Shown one piece after another: positions 37,462 through 44,735 of a stretch of 64,000 bases of DNA (the stretch's first letter is position 1; each line of letters opens with the position of its first letter). Made by a program: the position numbers and the translations under genes. The notes under the pieces are model-generated. The model was not told the DNA's origin, ran no database searches, and saw only the letters and a list, made by a program, of their open reading frames with translations. Source of the DNA: a virus (Duplodnaviria; Caudoviricetes); IMG/VR virus record IMGVR_UViG_3300049182_000044, positions 160,001 to 224,000 of that record, one strand, 5' to 3'.

Positions 37462-37947
37462 TTACGGGTCGAGTTCCTGAATGGCTTGTTCACCGAACGT
37501 CAGCACGATGGGCTTGCCGCCTAGTGCACCATTGAGGACCTCCAGAGCCGCATAAGCGTCTTCAGTACTAACATCTTTCTTAACCGTGATGTGCGGACGA
37601 TACTCTGGGAAGTCAACGGTGTAGCCCAATTCACGCCAGTCTGCATGAAGCTTCTGAAGACCTGGGCTATCCAGTAGGCACACAAGATACGGCTTGCCGT
37701 TGTGACCATCCCATTTAACGAACTCTGAGATACGGGCGACGTACACGTTCTTGCTCTTCGCCTCGCCAGTTGCTTTGTTCAAGTTCTTGGAGTAGAGGAC
37801 GGTGCAGTGCAGATCGTCGTAGTTCGGTTCGAGGAAGTCAACGAGCTTGAACAGCTCTACCAACTTGTCGTGCGACAGTCCAAGAGGATAGACTGCCGCG
37901 TAAGTGCCATTCTCGAATCCAGCAGATAGACTGATTTGAATTTTCAC
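37462..37947 (-). CDS. acb1: Acb1-like 2H phosphoesterase (anti-CBASS candidate), copy 1, with MKIQISLS tag
   Basis: 161 aa; GTYAA, LHCTVLYS, LVCLLDS..L..LH....LG..DF..YRPHITV match the T4 gp57B/Acb1 pattern. Confidence 0.8.
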   Translation of the reverse strand: MKIQISLSAGFENGTYAAVYPLGLSHDKLVELFKLVDFLEPNYDDLHCTVLYSKNLNKATGEAKSKNVYVARISEFVKWDGHNGKPYLVCLLDSPGLQKLHADWRELGYTVDFPEYRPHITVKKDVSTEDAYAALEVLNGALGGKPIVLTFGEQAIQELDP

Positions 37948-38141
37948 GATTTTCCTTTCTTGACCACGGTCTTCGTTTTCTTCTTCGGATCGAAGCCGAG
38001 CATACGTCGAACATCCTTAGGTGTACGCTCCAGCTCTTCGTCATCAGGATCATCATCAGTGAACTTCGTCCAGTCCACTGGCTTGCCACCCACCTTACCA
38101 AAGTGAGCATTCGGCAAATGTTTCTTCAGGTTGCTTGGCAT
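37944..38141 (-). CDS. Small hypothetical protein
   Basis: 65 aa, DDPDDEEL..TP.DV..MLGFDP; GTGA overlap with next gene. Confidence 0.65.
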   Translation of the reverse strand: MPSNLKKHLPNAHFGKVGGKPVDWTKFTDDDPDDEELERTPKDVRRMLGFDPKKKTKTVVKKGKS

Positions 38142-38150
38142 GATAGACCT

Positions 38151-38618
38151 TTACGTGCGATGAATGCTGTGAATGACAGCGTTCAGCCATTTAGGCATCG
38201 ACTGATGCAGAGCATGAATTTTTGGGATGCTGTCGAGCACCGGCCGGAAGTAAGCCGTGTCCGTCTTTTCTTCCGTATAGGAGACGCCACCATTCGGGCC
38301 AATGACTTGTGCGTTCAGGAGCGGAGCCGGTGACAGTTCCTCGTACTTCATTTTCGCCACGTTACGGAAGCCAAACAGGAGTTCAACTGTCCAGTCTGCA
38401 TCGACTGTGTGACGATACACCCAGACCTTACCTTCTTTGGTTTCCTGAGGGTAGACCTGATCACCACGATTCGAGTCTTTAGCGATCTTGCGAAGAGTCT
38501 CACGCAACGTCATAATCATTTCTTGCTGCTCTTGCGTGGTACGCAGACGGGCACCGGCCTCAGCACCAGCAGAAGGTTTCGGTGGACGGGTAGCACTCAG
38601 GCTTACTTTGATCTTCAT
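38151..38618 (-). CDS. Hypothetical protein with MKIKVSLS tag
   Basis: 155 aa from ATG 38618 (GGAG, ATGA overlap). Confidence 0.65.
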   Translation of the reverse strand: MKIKVSLSATRPPKPSAGAEAGARLRTTQEQQEMIMTLRETLRKIAKDSNRGDQVYPQETKEGKVWVYRHTVDADWTVELLFGFRNVAKMKYEELSPAPLLNAQVIGPNGGVSYTEEKTDTAYFRPVLDSIPKIHALHQSMPKWLNAVIHSIHRT

Positions 38619-39577
38619 GGCATTCTCCACTCTGCAAATACAGCTGGACTGATGTAGCTTTGCAGAGCAATTGTTGGGGTGTTACCGAGCTTGGCAGCAA
38701 CCTTCTTGGCCACCGCGAGCACCATCTTGCGGTACTCTTTCTCGTTCGCCGGTTTCTTTTCGGACTTACGCACTTCGTCCAGTGCGGTGGCGGTACCCAA
38801 ATGAGTCCGGAAGTCCTTGGTCTTGAAATGCCCACCATCGAGTGTATGGGTATAATCAAGCAACTTCTTCTCGTTCAAATTCGGGAACAGCTTTCCGTCC
38901 GGGCCGGCTTCCTTGGCACGACGTTTCAGCATGTTGATCGCATCTTTGTCATCGACCTCGATATTGAGATCAACACCCTTCTTGCCAGTGAAGCGCAGGA
39001 AGACCTTGCCGTCCTCGATCACAACATGCTCGCCTTTCAGATTGGAAGCGCCGTATGCTTTCTTTTCAGCACCGGTGTCTGCGTCTGATCCTGGACGAAG
39101 GCCGGTCTTCATAATCAGCATCATGCAATCAGCACAGTCCTTCTTACGCGGAGTCTTAGAACGTCGTGCCTTCTCGTTCTGTTCGTGAATCGCATCGAAC
39201 TCTTCAGCGAGTGCTTGTACACGAAGGAACTTGGCTTCAGCCTGAGTCTTCATGAAGGCATCCGAATAGATCGGTTGCAGACGTCCTTTTGCATCACGCC
39301 CGGTAACGAGCAGGTCAGCATTCGGATCGGGATTGATACGCACATCACTCCAGCCGGGTGGAATGCCCAGCTTCTGGATGTGCTCAGGCAGCGGAGAACC
39401 ATCTGCCATCACGCGCTTCCCATCCACGACTTGCGTTTCATGTTCAGGACGAGCTGCGCGACGGCTCTTAGCGTACTTGGAGTTAGGATGTTCCGTAACG
39501 TACTTATCCTGCTCTTCTTTGGTCAACTCCTCAAACCAATTCTCGTTTTCTTTTGAAAGTGCGATTTGGATTTTCAT
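38615..39577 (-). CDS. DNA topoisomerase IB (bacterial/poxviral type) with MKIQIALS tag
   Basis: 320 aa; IPPGWSDV.I, GRDAKGR.Q.IY, GLRPG, FTGKKG, KDFRT, LGNT....QSYI: full catalytic pentad. Confidence 0.93.
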   Translation of the reverse strand: MKIQIALSKENENWFEELTKEEQDKYVTEHPNSKYAKSRRAARPEHETQVVDGKRVMADGSPLPEHIQKLGIPPGWSDVRINPDPNADLLVTGRDAKGRLQPIYSDAFMKTQAEAKFLRVQALAEEFDAIHEQNEKARRSKTPRKKDCADCMMLIMKTGLRPGSDADTGAEKKAYGASNLKGEHVVIEDGKVFLRFTGKKGVDLNIEVDDKDAINMLKRRAKEAGPDGKLFPNLNEKKLLDYTHTLDGGHFKTKDFRTHLGTATALDEVRKSEKKPANEKEYRKMVLAVAKKVAAKLGNTPTIALQSYISPAVFAEWRMP

Positions 39578-40128
39578 AATTCGTATTCTTGTAAGCTCAA
39601 AACTCTAACGACCTCAATAGGGCTTTCAGAATAAGCGATAACTTCCTTCTGACCTAGGTAGGCATTAGCCATCTCGTCTAGTTTAGCAACCATACGATTA
39701 CCCGGCAATCGTTTTTTAACAAACGGAAGCACGCGCTTTACTACCCAGCTACCATTCACGACTTCATGCACACGGTCTTCGACCTTCATAACGTAGCAGC
39801 ATTCATAGCCATCAAGAGCACCTATCGAATCCGCTAAGTCTCTCCAGAATGCTTTTCCCGTACCGAACGTAAAACTCAAAACACGATTCGACTCAAGCGT
39901 CATCTTTTCAGGAAGAGGTGTATAGGAACCTATTACTCGGTACAGAGGCTTGTCAATCGGCACGTATGGAACGCTGTCAACTAGTGGCTTGAGGATTTTC
40001 TGCACTTCCACAGGATGTCTATAGCGCTCGTCTAGTCTGTATGACCCTTCAAAGAAGGAAGACAGCCAATCGCAAGCTCTATCTAAAGCGATATCTTGTG
40101 AGGAACTTAAACTGATTTTGATCTTCAT
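39574..40128 (-). CDS. ADP-ribosyltransferase-like protein with MKIKISLS tag
   Basis: 184 aa; LYR, SFT, QKEV in R-S-E order. Confidence 0.5.
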   Translation of the reverse strand: MKIKISLSSSQDIALDRACDWLSSFFEGSYRLDERYRHPVEVQKILKPLVDSVPYVPIDKPLYRVIGSYTPLPEKMTLESNRVLSFTFGTGKAFWRDLADSIGALDGYECCYVMKVEDRVHEVVNGSWVVKRVLPFVKKRLPGNRMVAKLDEMANAYLGQKEVIAYSESPIEVVRVLSLQEYEL

Positions 40129-41265
40129 TTAGAAACCCTGTTTTGCTATCAATTCTTCTTTGCCGAAACTTGTGTAGTAGTCGGTAGCCGACATCCACAC
40201 TTCCTTTTCCTGCGCTTGCGTTGTCTTGATCTTGAACGTGTCCACCAGCTTCGAGAAGTCCAAAACGAAATCAGCTGGTCGCAGTTCTTTCTTGAATACC
40301 GCAATCGCCTCACCGGACTCCAAGTCCTTCACCGCGTTCAACGCAATGTGTGGATCAAGAGAATACGGAAGTTGTTTGCCTTTGCGTCCATCGAAGCCAT
40401 TCACGCGACCTTTGAGGCGACCTGACCGATCAAACTTCTTCAAGTCCTCTTCGGTCATAATGACAGCGCGATAGATACTCTTAACCCTGGGTGGTGAGCG
40501 GAACTTGTCTGCCAGTTCGTGCTTGGTAATCCTCGTCATCGAGGCGGTAACGTCACCGAACATATCGAGATACGTCTGCACATCGGATTCAAAGTTCTCG
40601 TCGAAGTCGGGAACCAAGGTTGCTGCCACCGCGTCCATCGGCACCTTGTACTTTGCAAACAGCTTGTGCAAGTAATCGTCCTGAGCTTTCGTTAAGGTCT
40701 TACCTTTGCTCAACTGTTCGCCAATGTTCTTCACGAACTTGGTATCGTAGTCATTGAACTTTGTATGGTGCATCTTCCACAGGAAGCGTGTTCGTGGGTA
40801 CAACGTCTTCGGGTCTTTCGAGACGTATGCCTGCTCCTTCGTGTATGGAACGTGTTCTTTGACAGGCATCGCATACCGATACTTCGCTGCGTTCTCAAAC
40901 TCAGCTGGCTCGATGTGGATGGTCTTCAACGTGCGTCCTGTACCTGCAAGGCGTTGCTCGATTTCCGGCAGCTTGTGATACGGGCTAGTGACGAACACCA
41001 ACACGTTACCCAAACGCAGACGACGCAGTTTCTCCGGTTGCCAATCCCAGCCTACAAAAGACTGTTTCGACAAGTAAGCAATGTCTCCGCCGTTATCGCT
41101 ATCTCGTTCCTGATGCGGGACAAGGATGTACGAATCAGATGGGTAATCAATGCCCCAAGCGACGGGTACCTTGAATACGTGAATCAGACGCTCCTTCTCA
41201 GGTACCCAATAGAAGAAGTCCGGCTTATTCTGTGGCGCAGAAGCTAGCGCAACTTTGATTTTCAT
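40129..41265 (-). CDS. Two-domain protein, C-terminal ADP-ribosyltransferase-like, with MKIKVALA tag
   Basis: 378 aa from ATG 41265 (GGAG, ATGA overlap); IYR, YSLD..IA, QEKEV (E-x-E). Confidence 0.5.
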   Translation of the reverse strand: MKIKVALASAPQNKPDFFYWVPEKERLIHVFKVPVAWGIDYPSDSYILVPHQERDSDNGGDIAYLSKQSFVGWDWQPEKLRRLRLGNVLVFVTSPYHKLPEIEQRLAGTGRTLKTIHIEPAEFENAAKYRYAMPVKEHVPYTKEQAYVSKDPKTLYPRTRFLWKMHHTKFNDYDTKFVKNIGEQLSKGKTLTKAQDDYLHKLFAKYKVPMDAVAATLVPDFDENFESDVQTYLDMFGDVTASMTRITKHELADKFRSPPRVKSIYRAVIMTEEDLKKFDRSGRLKGRVNGFDGRKGKQLPYSLDPHIALNAVKDLESGEAIAVFKKELRPADFVLDFSKLVDTFKIKTTQAQEKEVWMSATDYYTSFGKEELIAKQGF

Positions 41266-41759
41266 GGTGTTCTCCAAAGAGGCCCTGGGATGAAATGTCC
41301 CGATTGAGCTATTACACCGTTGCTCAAATGACCTTCTAGTTCTTTGCCGATGTCTTGTACTTTGTAGGGTGGGAAGAACAGGTGAACCAACACCTCAACG
41401 TCACCACGTACTGCACGAATAGCCTTTACACGATTGAGCCCTTCGTAATCTCGGACCTTTGCATCGTCCCAGATCGGCTTCATTTCGTTGCTCTTCAGTT
41501 CAATGTCGATCCAAGGGCTCGCAATGGCGTCACCCTTTTCAATACTCTCACGATAGAACTCTTCAGTGAGCGTCTCCTTGTTATCGACAGGGAGAACCAG
41601 TTCGATGAAAGTATTGGCCTTCATCAGCACGGTCAGACCAACCGCAGCTTCCTTATTGCGTTGGGTCGTACCGTAGCCAGCTTCCTGATCGTAGCGAATG
41701 CCATACACGAAGGCTTCTTTCGACAACGAGGTAGAGAATAATGGAATTTTGATCTTCAT
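41262..41759 (-). CDS. ParB/Srx-like protein, paralogue A (MKIKIPLF..SLS tag variant)
   Basis: 165 aa; IASPW..IEL, EGLNRVKA (GxxRxxA). Confidence 0.45.
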   Translation of the reverse strand: MKIKIPLFSTSLSKEAFVYGIRYDQEAGYGTTQRNKEAAVGLTVLMKANTFIELVLPVDNKETLTEEFYRESIEKGDAIASPWIDIELKSNEMKPIWDDAKVRDYEGLNRVKAIRAVRGDVEVLVHLFFPPYKVQDIGKELEGHLSNGVIAQSGHFIPGPLWRTP

Positions 41760-41761
41760 GA

Positions 41762-42310
41762 TTATTGCCAGAGTGGACCACGAACGAAACGACCATGTTG
41801 CCCTTTGATGCCTTTACGCAGCCCTTCGATCATTCCTTCTGTGAGGTGTTTGTTATTGTCCAAATTACTGAAAGTGATGTGAACAAGCACGGGAACACCG
41901 CCGTGAATATCGGATATGGCTTTCATGCGATTGCGTCCTTCGTGCCCCGAAATGTAGGCGCCGTCCACAACCTTGTCACGGCCGTCTTCACCCAGTTCAA
42001 TGCGCAGCCATGGACTTGCGATTGCACCACCGTTTTGAATATGCTCTTTGATGTGCGTCAAATTAGTTGCCTCTGCGCTACCGATCAACAGAGGGTAGCA
42101 CAAATCAAGGAACGTACTCGGAGCCATCAACACCGAGAAACCCTTATGCCCCACTTCCTGATTGTGCGGTATGGCACCGAGACCTTTTACTTGATCGTAC
42201 TGGATACCGTGCAGCTCGTGGCGCAGAGCACGGTTCAGAACTTCAGCCATAGTTAGGAAACGGCCTTGACCGGGCTTCGTATCAGAGGAGAGGGCGATTT
42301 TGAGTTTCAT
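41762..42310 (-). CDS. ParB/Srx-like protein, paralogue B (MKLKIALS tag)
   Basis: 182 aa; IASPW..IEL, HEGRNRMKA, ends GPLW like paralogue A. Confidence 0.45.
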   Translation of the reverse strand: MKLKIALSSDTKPGQGRFLTMAEVLNRALRHELHGIQYDQVKGLGAIPHNQEVGHKGFSVLMAPSTFLDLCYPLLIGSAEATNLTHIKEHIQNGGAIASPWLRIELGEDGRDKVVDGAYISGHEGRNRMKAISDIHGGVPVLVHITFSNLDNNKHLTEGMIEGLRKGIKGQHGRFVRGPLWQ

Positions 42311-42326
42311 GATGTTCTAATGGGAA

Positions 42327-42350
42327 TGGGTGACCCCGAAGAGCCACCCA
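42327..42350 (-). terminator. Stem-loop with cUUCGg tetraloop
   Basis: TGGGTGGCTC TTCG GGGTCACCCA on minus strand. Confidence 0.7.
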
Positions 42351-42356
42351 AGTTTC

Positions 42357-42731
42357 TTAATTGCCGGACTGCGCATCCTTGGCGTCTGCCTTCATCATAA
42401 CGGCGTCTGCTTTGTGCTTGTCTTTGAATGCAGTCAGTGTACTGAGTGCATCATGCCACACGTTCGAACCTGCAGACCCCAACAGACCTACGATCAGGAT
42501 CGACTGGAGGAACGGCAAGTCCTTCAGGAAGATGATTGTGTCAGGAGGATTCAGTACAGCAGCGAGCGCTGAAGTGGCGAACGTGATGCCTTGCAGAACA
42601 GCGACACGTACTTTTTCGTTTTGCAGCTTGTTCAGATCAACAACTGCTTTGATGGACGCGGTAATGCGTTCAGCAACAGCTGCGATCAGACCGAGATACA
42701 CAACGATTTCAGTGATAGACGATTCAAACAT
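42357..42731 (-). CDS. Putative holin-like membrane protein
   Basis: 124 aa, three hydrophobic helices, GLLGSAGSNVWHD motif, charged C-terminus. Confidence 0.45.
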   Translation of the reverse strand: MFESSITEIVVYLGLIAAVAERITASIKAVVDLNKLQNEKVRVAVLQGITFATSALAAVLNPPDTIIFLKDLPFLQSILIVGLLGSAGSNVWHDALSTLTAFKDKHKADAVMMKADAKDAQSGN

Positions 42732-42771
42732 AGTTACCTCTCAAGTTATGCTCAACTAGAGCAATTCGTTA

Positions 42772-43017
42772 CTACTTAGGACGGTATCCTTGCTCGTCTT
42801 CATCATCGTACCACGCGACGATCTCTCCATTTGCGGCGTTGCGAATGATGTTCAGAGGAGGATCTTTAACGTCGTTCTTCACATGGATGTGCAAACGTGT
42901 CTTCACATACTCAATAAAATCAAGAAGGTCTTCACCATGAGTATTGGGTGGATGACGATCCATGAAATCGTCAATGTCATCTTCACGTTTGCCGGAGAGT
43001 GCGATTCTGAGCTTCAT
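42772..43017 (-). CDS. Small acidic protein with MKLRIALS tag
   Basis: 81 aa. Confidence 0.65.
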   Translation of the reverse strand: MKLRIALSGKREDDIDDFMDRHPPNTHGEDLLDFIEYVKTRLHIHVKNDVKDPPLNIIRNAANGEIVAWYDDEDEQGYRPK

Positions 43018-43032
43018 AAAAATCTCTGCTGA

Positions 43033-44079
43033 TTAAATGTCCAACTTGACCTTACCTACGATCACGTTAGGATGGAATAGCGCCATCGAGTTGCCAGTCG
43101 GCCCTTCGACAACGTACATGCTGTCATAGCTAAGATCGACCAGATAGTCTCTCAGCCTTTCTACAAACTCAACTCGCGGCACTCCGGTATGCGGCCAAGT
43201 AAGAGCCGGATCATTGATCGTCGGCAGCTTCAAGTCCGGATTGCTTTCACGAATGACGTTGTAATCCTCTTTGCACTGAGGCTTGCGCAAATCGAAGATG
43301 TGGCGAGGGTTGACCGTAAGTTGATGGATAGGAATACCCATCTTCTTCGCCATCATCTTGGCTTTCGCAGTTTCAAGATCGTCAGTGACGACCAAGAAGT
43401 TGCTGCGACGCAATTCAGCAGCCGGGTCATAGCTGACGCAGTACACTGGAGTGCTGCTCATACTGCGATATGACTTCGGGATCGGCAAATCCAACCAGCT
43501 GAGGTCCTCGTCGATCTCCAGCTCATCAGGCGTAATCAACTTGCCGCCATGCAGGACATGTCCGGCTGGCACGGGGTCTTCATCCTCAATTGTCGGACGT
43601 ACCTGCACCTTGACCTTTGAGGGCTTGGTAGTCTTCTTCAGTTCCTTCTCTTTCTTCACCGCCAGCTTCTTCGATTCAACGTCAGGCTGTACCGGCTTAG
43701 AAGGCTTCGCAGGCTTTTTCGGTTTGGTCAGATCGACCTTGATCTTCGTCGGCTTAGTAGCTTTTACCGGATCACCTAGATCGGACTGCTTGATCTTGCC
43801 CTTGTATTCCTTCGACCGATCCATGATCTTATCTGAACGAGGAATGTCGACCTTGAAGATCACATTAGGCATCTTCAAAACCAAGTAACGATCTTGGGTA
43901 CGTGTAGCTTCTTTCACGCCATACAAGTCACCCTTGCTGAGCTTGACCGATCGTCCTCGTTCATCGACGAGCTTAACGCCTTTGTCACCCGTGTACTTGT
44001 GCCAGGTGTAATCCTTTACTTTGAAGTGCTTGCCCGTTGCAGCAAGCGCTACCCCTTCTACGAGTGTTCGAGTCAACAT
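43033..44079 (-). CDS. Lys/Pro-rich protein with degenerate ART-PolyVal-like C-terminus
   Basis: 348 aa; C-terminal VY...VTDD...A...L.V.P..IFDL...SYDSM......ALFHPN.I pattern. Confidence 0.4.
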   Translation of the reverse strand: MLTRTLVEGVALAATGKHFKVKDYTWHKYTGDKGVKLVDERGRSVKLSKGDLYGVKEATRTQDRYLVLKMPNVIFKVDIPRSDKIMDRSKEYKGKIKQSDLGDPVKATKPTKIKVDLTKPKKPAKPSKPVQPDVESKKLAVKKEKELKKTTKPSKVKVQVRPTIEDEDPVPAGHVLHGGKLITPDELEIDEDLSWLDLPIPKSYRSMSSTPVYCVSYDPAAELRRSNFLVVTDDLETAKAKMMAKKMGIPIHQLTVNPRHIFDLRKPQCKEDYNVIRESNPDLKLPTINDPALTWPHTGVPRVEFVERLRDYLVDLSYDSMYVVEGPTGNSMALFHPNVIVGKVKLDI

Positions 44080-44088
44080 GGTTCTACC

Positions 44089-44721
44089 TTAATGGTGTAC
44101 GTGGACGTAGTGCATATGGTCGTTGCCGTCCGGATGCTTGTCGTCTTTCGTCAGCTTCTCACCGTTCAACATCTGCGTCTGCACTACTGCTCTGTTCTGT
44201 TTCACAAGTGCTTGTGCGTCCTCAGAAGTCATGTCAGCAATATGGGACATGTCCTTCACTTCATCCCAGAATGCCATGAACTCCTTGAATGGGAAGTTAT
44301 GCAGATGCGAGTAGGACGAGCCCAAACGTCTATGTGTTAAGTCCACGACGAGGCCGTGAATCTTCACAACACCGTGCGAAAGCTCTTTCACCACACAGCT
44401 CTCACCGTGCTTCTTCATGTCCTCAAGAATCTGAGGAGAAGGTGAAGTAAGACGTTTGCGGAAACCGTAGCCCACCATCAGTGCTGGGTAGAAATCCTGT
44501 GCTTTGAGGAACTTATACAAGGCACGAGTGAGCGAGGCATTAGATTCGCCAGCGACGCCGGAATTGGTCAGTGCTACCTTGGCGACCGGATTCTCGTCGA
44601 TGAAGTAACGCACTGCACCTGCAAGCGAAAACGCCCCGCATTCACAGGGCGTACCTCGTCGCAGATCTACACTACGTTTGCCTTTGAGGTCAATGATGAC
44701 CTTGCTATAGCTAGTGTACAT
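44089..44721 (-). CDS. Papain-like Cys-His-Asp fold protein (putative peptidase/deamidase)
   Basis: 210 aa; ECGAFS, HGVVKIHGLVVDLT. Confidence 0.4.
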   Translation of the reverse strand: MYTSYSKVIIDLKGKRSVDLRRGTPCECGAFSLAGAVRYFIDENPVAKVALTNSGVAGESNASLTRALYKFLKAQDFYPALMVGYGFRKRLTSPSPQILEDMKKHGESCVVKELSHGVVKIHGLVVDLTHRRLGSSYSHLHNFPFKEFMAFWDEVKDMSHIADMTSEDAQALVKQNRAVVQTQMLNGEKLTKDDKHPDGNDHMHYVHVHH

Positions 44722-44735
44722 CTTGTTCTTCCTTA

